This document shows, piece after piece, positions 43,400-57,847 of a stretch of 64,000 bases of DNA. The stretch lies in NCBI RefSeq assembly GCF_009914755.1, contig NC_060927.1. One strand, 5' to 3'. Both the position numbers and the translations under genes were made by a program. Under the pieces are notes generated by a model. It searched no databases. It saw only the letters and a list, made by a program, of their open reading frames with translations, and was not told the origin of the DNA. The DNA is from the human T2T-CHM13v2.0 reference genome, Homo sapiens. Numbering within the stretch: the first letter of the stretch is position 1; the number at the start of each line of letters is the position of its first letter.

Positions 43400-43860
43400 T
43401 CCCTTCTTTTATCCAACATTTATTAAGCACCTATTATAAGCTAAACGTAATGCTAGACACAGTTTCCATCTTCAAAAGCTCAGGGTTAAGAAGAGTGAGA
43501 ATGCTGGTAGAAGCAAGCATAAAACATGGAGAGAGACCACAGGAGTGGGCCTTGGGATCAGGAAAGGTTTCCTGCAGAGGAGACAGAAAACACCGTGGAA
43601 TAGTTGACATGATTGCATGTGAGGACATGTGGGACAGAGAGCTGAAGCAGGATAGGCAAGCAGGCCATGAAGTATCTTACACAGCAGGCCAACGAGACAG
43701 AGTTTTATCTTGAAGGAAATAGGGCATCGCGGAAGGTCTTAAGCAAGGAAATGGCACAATCAGTACTGTGTTGTAAAGCAGTCATTTAGCAGCTGAAAAG
43801 TGGAACTGGTGATGGGGCAGGAAGAGACTGCAAGTCTGTGAGGCAAACGATGAAAATATT
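43400..43860 (-). mobile_element. L2 LINE relic
   Basis: CCAACATTTATTAAGCACCTA...GAAGGTCTTAAGCAAGGAAATGGCACAATCAG are typical degraded L2 3' motifs. Confidence 0.55.
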
Positions 43861-44142
43861 ATTAGTTATCTTTCTATGGATGATACATTTTAGATGCCTG
43901 TTAGTTTACTTGACCAAATTCTCAAGGCTCCCCAGGGGAGTTTCTTGAGGACAGGGACCCATGTTTTTTACTTTAGTGTGCTTTCCTCTGTCTAGACAAT
44001 CCTAGTCCATAAGGCACTTGCAAATCGCTGCTGAATCAATGGCAAATCTAGGGTGAGGAATCAGGTTTCCAGTGCTCCAACTAGAGCTTTTTCTATACCC
44101 ACACAGTGGTTTCCCAAGAGAGTTTTATTTTGGAAATGATTA

Positions 44143-44630
<488 letters not shown>

Positions 44631-44919
44631 CTAAAGAGGAGGACTTTGGGCAATCCAGAGTCAGAGAGAGGTCATTAAGCTCTTGGGAGAGGCAGGAGGG
44701 AGACAGAGACGTTTCTAGGAAGTAGTAGAGACTAGGTTAGGAGATAGGAGGAGCCCTGCTTTGACATTTTGCCGCTGGCCTGCACCCTCCCCACCCCTCT
44801 ACCCTAAAGGCAGAGAGGGAGCTTTTGAGCTTCCATCTTTGTCTAGTCAGTTCCTTTTGTCATTAGGCACCCATCAGCTTCGGCCCACCCAGAATGTAGA
44901 AGTGATGTATAAGAATGTG

Positions 44920-45110
44920 GATAAAGGCTGCACAGCACAGGGCTGCATGGGCTCTTGAATCTGAGCTCTGGAATATTTTGGCCTCAGTTTTCTCATCTGT
45001 AAAATGGAAATAATAGTACCCACTTCAGAAAGTTGCTCTGAAGATTTAATAGATGATGTTTGTAAAGAGTTCAGCATAAGTGTCTGACCCAAGTTAGGCA
45101 CTGAAAAAAA
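44920..45110 (+). mobile_element. MIR SINE
   Basis: Core GGCCTCAGTTTTCTCATCTGTAAAATGGAAATAATAGTACC. Confidence 0.85.
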
Positions 45111-45217
45111 GATTTGCATTGATTATTTTCAGGAGCTGGGGAGGTGAGAAGGTCATGGAACCAATAATTGATGGCCCCAGAGATGCATCTCTCAATAACG
45201 ACATTAAACTTCACAAT

Positions 45218-45236
45218 TGGCCACCAGATGGCTCTT
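45218..45236 (+). promoter_or_regulatory. Candidate CTCF binding motif
   Basis: TGGCCACCAGATGGCTC closely matches the CTCF core TGGCCACCAG(G/A)(G/T)GGC. Confidence 0.5.
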
Positions 45237-45930
45237 GAGAAACTTCCCTTATGTCCATATCTGCTCCTGGTGTGGCTGAGGGATCGGCCTCCATTGTAAC
45301 AAGCACAGACACCCAGGGTAGTGGAAGAGGGAAGGCCCTGGCGACAGCCAGCGAGTAGAACCAACAGAAGGCCTCAGGAAACCCTGGGGTGGCCACCCAC
45401 GAAAGCAACAGCCAGCAGCTGGAAGGAATGCTTAGAAATGTGTCTGCATAACCATATTTTAAAACATACCAGACTAACCCAAACTAGGAAACAAAGGAAA
45501 TATAGTCATATCTTCAAATGCAGCCTATCCAGCACACTAACCCTAAGTGTGACCCAGGAAAATTTGAGGAATTGAAGTACAAAAGAGGCTGTATTTCTTC
45601 TATCATCCTATTTATCATGGACATCACATACAAAAGTAAATAAAATATTCAAAAAATATTAGAAAAACAGGCAAATTCTTATTTACTTTCAATAACTCAA
45701 AGAATCTTTATTCAAAAGAAAAAAATCCATAGCAGTGGGTTTCTCCAGAAAAATTTCTGATTGAAATATTTACTCATTAGCATTTGCACTGATACATTTT
45801 TCCAATTATTATAAGAACCTTGGTATATCTCATAGACACTAAATCAGTAGAAAGATCAGTTGAGAACATATATAATAAAGTGTGAAATTGTATTTAAGTT
45901 ATACCTAAAAAAACAGAGTTAAATAAATAA

Positions 45931-46275
<345 letters not shown>

Positions 46276-46459
46276 GATATTCACTTTTAAAAATCTGGCC
46301 TAAGCCAATGGACAGAAATTAAACCAATTAATTATGTACAAAGATGAATATTTATTATAGAATTATTATAATGGTAATTATTAAAACTGAACTAAATGTC
46401 CAACAACAGGGGACCTGTTAAACCCATGCAATAGAATGTTATATAGTTATTAGAAATGA

Positions 46460-46673
46460 CCAGCCTGCCCAACATGGTGAAACCTCGTCTCTACTAAAAT
46501 ACAAAAATTAGCCGGGCATGGTGGCACACACCTGTAACCCCAGCTACTCGAGGCTGAGGCAGAGGAATCACTTCAATCTGGGAGGCGGAGGTTGCAGTGA
46601 GTCGAGATCACACCACTGCACTCCAGCCTGGACAACAGTGAGACTCCATCTCAAAAAAAAAAAAAAAAAAAAA
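46460..46673 (+). mobile_element. 5'-truncated AluS inside an old L1ME relic
   Basis: Starts at CCAGCCTGCCCAACATGG; poly-A tail; TSD AGAAATGA on both sides. Confidence 0.9.
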
Positions 46674-47268
46674 GAAATGATATATGTTGATGATTTTAAA
46701 GACATGAGAAAATGCTCAAAATATAATAGTAAATAAAAAGGATGCAGAACTGCAAATGAAGTATGATATCACTTATATGCACCATAACAAGACTGGGAGG
46801 AAGTTACCAATTAGCATGCTAAACTGTTTAACAATGGTTATCTTTGGGTGGTAAGATTATGGATGATTTTCATTTTATTTTCTATTATAAATATTTCCTA
46901 ACTTTATATACTATATGCATATAATACTTTTTAATTGATTTAAAAACACAATAAAAAAAAAACCCTGCACAGTTATAGTTGTTTTAGGCCTTATGAAAGG
47001 AACTAATTATTTCTGTTCATAACAAATTCCACTAAACTTTATAATAGATATAAAATACGAGTTTTGAACAGAGTCCACTCCCACCCCCAGATCTCCCAGT
47101 CCCCAAGAGATTCTGATCTCTAAAGCTATTCACAAATTGCAGCACCTGCCCCACCCCACCCCATTGTTTTCTCTATCCACTGGTAAATTTCTGTCTTAAA
47201 ACCCACCTTATTCTTTCTCTCTTATATTAATGAGGTAGAAAAAAAAAGATAATAAACAGCCACACTGA

Positions 47269-47564
<296 letters not shown>

Positions 47565-47613
47565 TGGGTGCTTTGTTCTGAGTCAAAACAGTATTATAAA
47601 AACAAATATATGA

Positions 47614-48022
<409 letters not shown>

Positions 48023-48177
48023 TGAAGATACGAGTTTCCCCAGCTTCTTTTCTCAGGATCCATTGCTTTCTCCATCTCCTGTCAATCTCCAGGTTCCCCT
48101 TAGACAACTTATCAGGCTCTAATTTGTAAAGAAGCTCAGGCAGAGCTGCAGTGAAACTGACTGGAAAAGGTTGTTCT

Positions 48178-48420
48178 TCAGGCTGGGATTAACTTAAGGC
48201 AAGTGAGACACTTGCTTTGGGCACAAAATTTAAGGGTTAGGAGGTGGGGGGAAACAAAAAAACTCATAATCAAGCTCAACACTATCTCAATGTAATATTT
48301 TAAGCATCAAAATTAATGCAAAAATCAATGATAACCAAACATTGAAATTTTGAATAAAGTCCAGTACCATGCCAAGATGCCAAGCCACATTGGAGCCTAA
48401 GGTGAAAAAAAAAAGTACAC
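48178..48420. mobile_element. MER96B-like hAT element
   Basis: GGCTGGGATTA...GGCAAGTGAGACACTTGCTTTGGGCACAAAATTTAAGGG...ATCAAAATTAATGCAAAAATC. The family name is from memory. Confidence 0.6.
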
Positions 48421-50341
48421 CACCAGTAAACATGTTTGTATCTACTTTTTTAGCAGTTAATTTTTCCTGGAACATTAAAGTAGTTTAAACCTTTTGAAAC
48501 ACTGAAATGTGGGTGTATTTTTATTCCTAAAGGAACGAAATGATACAAAAATCACTCCTCAAATTCAGTGATTTCCTCAAAAGCAACCATAATGAAAAGG
48601 CCCCAAGTTCTGGGCCAAACATTTAACAAATATAGTGTCTTAAGTCCACTTAATTGTGGGTTAAAGTTCCTATCCCAGGTTAGGAACTGAGAGTCCAGAT
48701 TCAAGGAGAAGACGTCCTGCAACTATGCCATTCAGTTCACAAACATTTACTGAACACCCACTGAATGTACAACAGTGCGTAAGACAGACAAGAGGCTGAT
48801 ATCGTGGGACTCATGTTCTACTGAGCCCTTCATTGGCTTTTCTTGCTTGTTTGTTTTTAATGAGTCTTTATTTCTACCCAAGCTTTTCTTTTTCAAGCTG
48901 CTGTAAATTTACTCGCTGCTCATCTATGTCATTCTTTGCGCTACTGAAATATGCTCTCTTGCTCTAACTCTTGCATTTCACACTGGACCTCTATATTTTC
49001 AGTGATGGTATATTTTCCACATGCATAAGTCTTTCCTTTCACACTGCCTTTGCTTTTCCTATTTCTTGCTTTGCTGAGCTCAGTGCTTTACACATAGTAG
49101 CTGTTCACCAAATATTTGAGGGTCACTTGATTGTTGAATGAATGAACCAGTGAAAGAATCAGCAAAGGAAGGAACAAACAAATCAATGTACCTGGTCCCT
49201 GGAGAGGTGGAGGGAGGAAGGGAGCAGCGTCTTCACGTGCCGTCTTGCTGTTTTTGTATGTTCCATATACGAATGTGTGATTGTGTATGCATTGTTTGTG
49301 TATGTTCAATAGCTGCACCTTCACAGGTGGGATAGAAACAGCAGGATAAGCCCTTCCCAGTTGTATTGTCTCAGAAAGGACACGAGACTGGGAGATCTGT
49401 GGTATGTGAGGCAACTCATTCCCCTTCACTGAAAGGGTCTCTGTTTCCTCATCTACAGAATAAGGGAGCTGGATTGTGAAATCTAAAGTACCTTTCAGTT
49501 CTAACGTGGATTGCATTCATTGTTTCTAATGCTATTGATACCCAGTTAGTGTAGGTGCCAATAAGCACTGCCTTGGATTCTCTTGTGCTTTTGGTTTTCT
49601 TGGAAAAAGAATGCCCTTTAACTCTACAATAGAAACATGAGTCAGGAAAAGGGCACAAGTACGGCGTTTCTTCTTGACGAAGATTCCAAGAAACAGCTGT
49701 GTGATTCTAAGACATCCCTCTGTTCTCTAGTAATTTTAACGTTAAAATGAAACCTCAAACAATAACCTCAGGTTTCATCTAGGACAAAATATCTCTGGTT
49801 TAGCATGTTCTACTTTGAGAATTTTTGTACTCAGGTATGGGGTGAGGGTAGAGGAATATTATTTGGCTTTTAAATTAGCCTTTAAGGAAATTGGCAAATC
49901 AAATGCCAGATCCTACATACTATTACAGTAACTAACATTTGTGAAGTGTTTTACAGTTTACACAGAAATTCTCACATTTATATTCCTATTTAAGCCTCAT
50001 GACAGTCCTGTGGAGTGGGAATTCCTTACCATAATTCTCTTTTTTTTCAATGTGAGGAAAATGAGCTGAACTTGGATGCCCACCTTCAGATCCCAAATCT
50101 TCAGCCCCTTACAGACACAGATTTTTAACATCTCTTTCAAAGAGGAAGGATCCCAAATAGAACAGGCATCCAGCAGTCTGTGGCACTGTCTCTCAAAGAT
50201 GAGGGAAAGCTTTCTGCTTTGGAGGGGTAGGTGAAATAAATCAGTAGTTCCGCCAAACCTGGCCTCATCCTAGACCTGTGGACTCAGAATCTCCAGGGAG
50301 TGATTTACATTTCAGTTTTGAAAAAATTTGAAATTTTTTCC

Positions 50342-50507
50342 TTTTTTTTTTTCTTTTTAGAAATAGGGTCTCACTCTGTCACCCAGGCTGGAATGCAGTG
50401 ATGTGATAATAACTCACTTCAGCCTCAAACTCCCCAGCTCCAAGTGATCCTCCCACCTCAACCTCCCAAGTGTTGGGATTTCAGACAACGAGCCACCGGG
50501 CCTGGCC
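50342..50507 (-). mobile_element. Alu monomer (FRAM-like)
   Basis: Single ~150-bp monomer after poly-T, from AGGGTCTCACTCTGTCACCCAGG to GGGCCTGGCC. Confidence 0.8.
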
Positions 50508-51629
50508 TCAACATTTTTTTCTATTAAAAACATTTCTTATACAAAATTTTAGTTAAGTATTTATTCAGTGATAATGCATTTGTTTTTATTTCTCCACTTG
50601 ATGAAAAAAGTTGCAACACTATGTTTGGTTCCCTTAGTTTTTAGTTGTGTATATCTGGCTGTCTATGTATTTCTAAGAACTTTTTTGGACTTTTTGTATA
50701 ACTGAAAAGCCTAGAAAACAGTGATGCATACCTATTACTTTTATTATATTAATTCCCTACATAGAAATCTCTAATGATCTTTCATTACTACCAGACTAAA
50801 TACTATTTCCTAAGTCTAATTTGATGACAAGCTGCCTGTTTGATTTCATCTGCTCTGGGTTTTTTTATTTTAAGCTGTAAAATGAGGTTGTTTGACTAAA
50901 TAGTCTCTAAAATAACTCTTAGCTCCCACATTCTATAGATTTATAAGTGTCATAGATATGAGTACAGTGGCATTTAAAGAACAATAAGCAAAACATTCTT
51001 AGGGAAGGCTCTTCCTGAAGATGGGAATAAGAACGGCTTGGGAAACTCCACATTTCCTCTGAAGGGTATTGGCCCACTTGAGTGTGGTTCGGTTGTCAAC
51101 CACAGAAGCAAGAGCTCCACCCACTTCTGGTGAGGTAGCTAGAGGAAACATTCTTCTATTGAATTGAATTCTTACGCACATTTGTCAAAATATAATTAAC
51201 TAGAACATCATGAAGTAAAAGATAAAGGTCGTTCATTATAATATTGACGCAAATATAAACTGCCCAAATGATGATCTAATGTTAACTTTCTCTAACGTAT
51301 CACACTTAGATCTTTCAAGATTTTTGTTTTATTTAATGTTAAGGACTTGTATCTCTTTTTGAGTAAACTAATTCATTTCTCTTTCCTTTCTTCCTTTCCT
51401 TTTATCTTGCTTTCCTTCCTTCCTTTCTTACCTTCATCTTTCTTTCCTTCTGTCCTTCCTTTCTTTTTTCATCCACTGGCATCTTTAAAGGAAAATCAAT
51501 ATCACTATGACTTGTTTTAAACCATCCTATTACATGCACGGAAAGGAGTAAATCAGAGCAATGAATGTGTGTTGTGAAAATGTATAATAAAGTGGTGATA
51601 GATGACTATTATCGTGGTTGTTATGATAC

Positions 51630-52401
51630 TGTCAAATTAAATGCATGTACAATATGTCCATTCAGAAATCCAGCAAAACACAAAAACTATTCCCTTTTTT
51701 GCCTTTTTTGAAGCTTTGTTTTAAAAAGACACCTTCCTGTCACCAGTGCTTATAAGTGAATAAAATGAAATTGATGCCTTGCAGGGGAAAAAAAGGAAAA
51801 TACTTCTTTACTTTGTATTAAGAATACGTGACATCTTTGCTGTCAGTGATAGTGAAGTGAAATACATACCAAATATGTCTTGACATAACTTGACAGAAAT
51901 GTATGTCTTCTTTTCTCTCATTTATTTTTGTGATAAGAATATGTGATTTTGCTGCCAAGGAAGCTTGTAATGTTGTAGAGAAATGGAAATGAATTGTGTT
52001 GGGCATGTCCAATTCCCCCTGACAGAGTGGCATAAGCTATAGTACTCAGGCAGCCTTGCAGAGTCAACAACAGGCCTCAGCCAGCAAGACCCAGGCGCTG
52101 ACATTTGTCAAAACAACTTTCCTCAACACATCAAAATGTTCCTTTCTCTTTTGTGTTATTCAGATGTGTTCGGGTAACTACATTTTAGAAAATAGTGACT
52201 GTCAAAGAATCATTGCCATCCACATGTGAATGATATCAAGAGAAAAATCTTAACTTTCCCACTGAAGGATGAGTTTATTCCATTTTGATCATTCATAATC
52301 CGTGAGGGTCTTTTAAATTAAACCCCAAATCTAATGTAACTAAAAGTATGCTATTTTTTGTGTGTGCTTTCTCCCCTACAATCTGACAAAAGTAAATGAC
52401 A
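51630..52401. promoter_or_regulatory. Candidate enhancer with clustered TALE-homeodomain (TGACA) motifs
   Basis: 12 TGACA/TGTCA sites in 772 bp, including TGACATTTGTCA at 52099-52110. Confidence 0.4.
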
Positions 52402-53549
52402 CAAGTTGGTTCTTTCTAATTTTCAAAGCATTACACAGATGGATGTTGTGTGCTGGTGTGGGTTTGGTTTATTGTTCTTGAGTTCATATGCTTTTTACCA
52501 TCACTACCTTTCTTAGAAGAACTCAAATTATGTGGGTACCATTGGCCCTTTAGAAAGCATTCTATTCTTAATTTCTTGCTCTATTGCTATGGAGCAGTGA
52601 ATGTTAGGTGAGGTGGGTACTAAGTACAACAAAATGGTATTTTATGTGAACCTCCAATTCTGTCTTTTTGGTACTCTTTTAAGGATACACACAATTTCTA
52701 GAACCCTAGCAACAGTTTCTACAATAAATGGTGTTTGAAGCAAGAATCCCTTACCTAGGGCAGACAGAAAGAGAATCAGCCCAGCAGTGTAATCATTGCT
52801 CTGCTGTTTGAAGGAATATTGAGCTCAGATGCCTCCAGAAAGCCCACCAGGCCCAGAGGCACTGGACAATAAAAGGGGAAAAATAATAGACGCCAATGCT
52901 TTATTAAGTATATTTTTTTCTCACTTAGGTGCGCATTCCCTGGTCAGACAATTAGTTGAGGTTCTTTCCAGAGAAAGTGTTACCCACCAAGAAAAACTCT
53001 TTTAACCTTTCAAAATAACAAATATCTTTAATGACTTTTATCCCCTTTCCATTGACATCACAGATACAATGTGGCCTGTCTTGAAGTCAAGCCCAAATTG
53101 AAATCACTGCTGGCAGGGACAGGAAAAATAGAACATTTGACAATAAGAGTGACAGATGAAGCATTGGGGACCTTGAAAGGGAGAATAACTCAAGCTATGA
53201 CCCAGGACAGAAATACTGCACCTTAGTAAAATACCTGCCCAATCTGTAAGTTAATAGGCAGGTACATTTGCACATGATAATGGGCTAAATCCAACGCTTG
53301 GTAGAGTTGGTATTATTTTCCATGTTCATGTTTAAAAGGAAAGCTGAACATGCTTCATAGAAAGAACCTTTTGATTATAGACCAACTGTTCATCACCACA
53401 CTTCCTGGGGAAAACATTTTTATTTGGTTATATAAAAGGGTAACATTTGTTAGAAATATATCTAAAGATAGAACTTCTGAAATTTGTCTACTCTTGCTAC
53501 AAATGATTATTTAACATTTATAAGAGTAAAGTTAAAATATTTAAATGTA

Positions 53550-53629
53550 CATGTGTGTATATATATATGTGTGTATATATATATGTGTGTGTATATATAC
53601 ACATATATATGTGTGTATATATATGTGTG

Positions 53630-53661
<32 letters not shown>

Positions 53662-53668
53662 TATATAT
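53550..53668. repeat. Compound (TG)n(TA)n alternating purine-pyrimidine repeat
   Basis: Read directly from the sequence. Confidence 0.95.
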
Positions 53669-55445
53669 GATAAAGGCAACTTCATATAATATCATATAAT
53701 ATCCCTTGATTCATTGGCGGAAAGGAGAAACTTTGTATTTCATGACTTATAAAATCCATTAGTTGCATCTCAAATTTCTTTTTTTTTTTTTCTTTTTCAT
53801 TGTACTTCAGTTCTGATTACTTGGATTAGGGGGAGAAAACTCAGTAGGATCTGCCAATTTTTAGTGATTTCTGTCATCAATTCCTGATTGCCTAGGATTG
53901 CTTTGTTGTTCACCTTAGATGCCTTTAAAACATGATTTATTTAAGCCTATTCACTCTTAGTTGGTTTGGTGATTGGTAGTAAAGTTGTTTTGGTGTCACC
54001 CATTGGAGTGAGAATTTTCCCCACATGATGGCCATTGTAGGTCTTTCACATCAGGTGTACTTTACTTCTAGAGTTGTCAGAAAAGAATTTAACTCCAGTA
54101 ATTAATTATTTGGGATAAGTTTCCCAAGGAGTCCTCAGCTTAGGCTACATTAGAGGCACTGCATTCTATTCATATAATATGAAACCTTTTAGGTCATATG
54201 AGTAATTAAGTTTTACATCATTGTGAAATAAACACATACGCCTACGATTTCACCGAAGCATGTAAGTGGATGGTTAAGAAGCAAATGTGTGTTTCCCTTT
54301 GTGGATAATAATGGCAGACAGTCATATTGTTTATTTTGCCTTTGATATGAATTTAAATCAAATAAAGATGGTTCAAGTTAGCACAGGGAAAATCCAGTTG
54401 CTTCCCTGGGTCCATCAGCATCTTAATCCGTTTTTCAAATGTTTTGGAGTTTTGCAAAGCTTGAAACTTTTTTTTTTTTTTTTACCATGCCCCCTTTCCC
54501 TTGTTTTATAAGCCAATATAATTTTAAAGAAAAACTTAATCCATATGTTTGTGATTCATTTTTACTAAACTCATCAAAATGGTGTTTTGTAAGAGTGATT
54601 TGGTGTCCAACAAGTCTTTTGAGTCTCTCTGTAACAGGCCTTCTTAATGCCATTTCTCTTTGAAGCAAGAAGTTGTGTTTTGCCAACAGTAGAGAAATTC
54701 AAACCCCCAAAGGGTTGAAATCAGTTTGAAACTTCAAGCCTAAGGACTCTGTGGGGTTCTATACTTGGCAAATGGCTACTTCCCTTCTAACTTTGAAATA
54801 CCTTATTTTCCTCTCACAAGAAATGCTCTACTGTTTTGCTAAAATATGTATTTAAAATAATCTTCAGATTCTTTAATACATAAAAATATATACATTAAAA
54901 AGTGGGGCCTAACGTTTAATTTATTCTAAAGCAATATTATTTGATTATCCATTTGGATTTTCCTTTAATTCTCATTTTCTGACCCTACACATCTTTGTGA
55001 TTTGGATTTACCCAAAGATTTACCAGAAAAGATGACCATGATGATCCTACAAGCTGGAAATAAGTGCTGGGTAGTTATTGGCTTTCTTCCCCAGGTTGCT
55101 CAATAAAGGACATATTACTTAATGTAGTACGCTAATGTCTCACACTATATTTCATACTTTTATTTATGTTGACAACCAAAACTTCAATGCAGAAGATTTT
55201 GAATAATATGCTCTATGTCACAAGGTGAACCATAATTCACAGTTGTAGATGTTTGCTAGTTTTTCAATGTAGTTCATTTCTATTTATATGTTTAAAGGAA
55301 GACCTGTATAATTTCCGTTAGTTTTTATACAATAGGCAAGAGGAGAGAGAGTGAGAAAGAGAAAACAAAATAGTATGTACAGCAAGTTAAATATCCAAAC
55401 CACTATGGTCCTTTGTCCTGACTGCTTTCTGGCCATGAAGTGGGA

Positions 55446-55462
55446 GTGCCCTCTAGTGAAAC
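55446..55462 (-). promoter_or_regulatory. Candidate CTCF binding motif (reverse orientation)
   Basis: The minus strand reads TTCACTAGAGGGCAC. Confidence 0.45.
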
Positions 55463-55679
55463 TTTAAAATCATTGGAAGATATTGGGTGTAACGTGGTTA
55501 AGGTTTTCTCCTAAATTCTTTTCTTCAAAAATCTTTGGGCATTAACAATTTGCATAAGTTTTGAATGAGAGTTAGAGAAAAACACAAAATACCATCAAGT
55601 AAAACTATTTCTTTGGGAAACAAATACAAATGAATACATTACTGTCAATATCAAAAAGTACATGTCTGCATATCTTTGT

Positions 55680-55690
55680 CATCTATCTGT

Positions 55691-55727
<37 letters not shown>

Positions 55728-55738
55728 ATCTATCTATC
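55680..55738. repeat. (TATC)n / GATA tetranucleotide STR
   Basis: Nine perfect units at 55692-55727 plus imperfect flanking units. Confidence 0.95.
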
Positions 55739-55959
55739 GAAAGATCCCAAGGACACATAAGTAGCATATAACCCACAACAGGGCTATAGTTATCTAAAAG
55801 AAAACATATAAAAACATAATTACCCACTTCTCAAGAAGATGAATAATAAATAAGTTACTTTGGAATGTGAAAATAAGGCAGTAGTAGCAATACACACGAG
55901 TAAATAAGAAGTGAAAAATACATCTTGTCATCTATATTATTCCAAATCTCTTTGTAGAA

Positions 55960-56212
55960 AGCAGCACATGCTCATTGTGATAAAATCTGAAAAAGTTCAA
56001 GGCCAGGAGTCAGAGTTCTTACCCTGGACTTCACTTACCAGCTGTGTGAGCTTGGGCAACACATTTAACCTCTCTGAGCCTCAGGGTCATCATCTGCAAA
56101 ATGGGGCTTAAGAACACCTGCCCTACCACCTCATAGGGTAGTATTGAAGGAGATAAAGTATGGGAAAGGGCTTTGAAGTAGATAAAGTTCTATACTGTGA
56201 AGGTATTATTTT
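55960..56212 (+). mobile_element. MIR SINE, near full length
   Basis: CACTTACCAGCTGTGTGAGCTTGGGCAACACATTTAACCTCTCTGAGCCTCAG..CATCTGCAAAATGGGG. Confidence 0.9.
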
Positions 56213-56359
56213 TCTGACTTCTTTCTACTGAGGAAATTTCAAGCAAAGTCCCCTTTCAGGATGAAGAGGGAAAGAAAGAAGACCCTCCTAAAATTCTCTG
56301 GAGTCAGGAATCATTGACAAAACATCTTTCTTCCCAATCAAAAAAGAGTCACAGAGAAA

Positions 56360-56670
56360 GAAACAGGTGGCGCCCGAGGAAGGATGCAGGGTTAGACATT
56401 ACCATCGTGGAGCCGCCAGCTCTCCCGGACTAGGCTGACGCCCACGTGGAGGGCCCTCGGCCAGGAAGCATGGCCTGGGCAGCCTGTGCTGGAGCCGGCT
56501 GGGCAGCAGCTGGTGGAGGAGTCAGGAACCGCGTCCCCTCGGGTTTACAGCAGCAAGAGTTTCCGTGAGTCTAATCTCCACCTTGCACAGAGAGAAGCTC
56601 AGCAGCACGTATGCTCCGCACCTCTGTGCTTTTAATCCCCCTCTCCGTGACCATCCATGCAAAACCGTTC
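56360..56670. promoter_or_regulatory. Small CpG-island-like element, candidate promoter or first exon
   Basis: About 17 CpGs in ~300 GC-rich bp, a CACGTG E-box, a CAGGTGGCGC CTCF-like core, and a minus-strand CCACGATG|GTAATG donor-like site at ~56403. Confidence 0.45.
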
Positions 56671-57767
56671 CCTCTTTGTTGTCTTTTCAAAACTGAAAAT
56701 ATTTTCATTTTGTTTATGCCAACATAATAAACTCTTCATCTGAGCAAACAATCTGATTTTTCCTTTTAGTTGCAGTGAGTTTAATTTCAGATTTGTGCTG
56801 TAACAATTCCTTACTTTTCTCCACATAAAGCTTGTTTTCAGTGAGATGTGGTTTCTCACTAGCTGTGTTTGCTTTGAAGAGAGTTTTACGTACTTATTTT
56901 TAAAATCAACTTGTATAGGCACTTTAAATCAAGGTATTAAAATTTTCAGAACATTCAAAAACTGTTCCCTTTTTTTTTACAACAACATAGGTATCTCCTA
57001 TGTATTTATTGCCTAGATTTTCACTATTTATCTTCTGGATGTACATCTTTCTTTTGTCCGGAGTGAGAAACTGTTTCTAGTTTCTTTACTCAGAGGTACT
57101 TCACATTGTCAGACATGCATAATCAATCTTGTACTTAAACCTTTGTGAGGAACACAACAGATGGATAATGGGAACATGGTTGCCATTTGGGGTCTGGTCA
57201 ATTCATGAGCTGCCTCTACAGCCATGACTCTGGTGTATAGGAGAAAAACCATAAAGTTAATCTCTAAAGCTATCTGACAGGTCCCATGCCTGCTGTTTAT
57301 GTCCTCCCTCCCCATTTGATCTAAACAGTTGGCATGGGGGTTGAGGGGTGCCACTTCTTCCTCAGAATAAAATTAAATAAGATATTCAGCAGGTCTTCAA
57401 CTGCTCACGGATTTATCCAAGATAAGTGACCAGTTTCAGTTGAATGACTGGGGCTCCCATGTCATAAAATTGCTCTTGGCTAAAGCTAGAGTTCACTTTG
57501 TCTAAGCTACATGCTCGTGTATTGCTGGAGCACCACGACTTCTCATTGAAACTTTGGGTTCCTTCTGTATTAGAACCTTCCCTGACCTTTGCTGAACACC
57601 ACAAAGAAACCAAATGCTAACCTCTGTTTGTCTCAAATTTTCCCCTATTAATGCTTGGTCCAAGTCTACATTTCCAGCCAGTCTTTCATTTAAAAACACA
57701 ATCTCATTCAAAACCTGCCTGGTAACTTTATCACTGGGGTAACTGTTACCTATGATGCAGGGCTGAC

Positions 57768-57847
57768 CTGGGTCCTTGTAGCACTTGACATCATCTTTTG
57801 GACGGGTTACAGAGCCTTTTGAGGGAGTTGTTAGAAGCAGGCTCACC
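57768..57847 (-). other. Candidate 80-nt spliced exon
   Basis: Minus strand shows a branch-point-like CACTAAT, then ttttcttctgtgaccggttctgcattgcag|GGTGAG...CCCAG|gtcagc. Confidence 0.3.

Noticed and set aside
51128-51150. TGAGGTAG let-7-like seed
   Set aside because: The match stops after 8 nt and I see no complementary hairpin arm. It is not in a demonstrable 3'UTR, so it is unsupported as either a miRNA or a target site.
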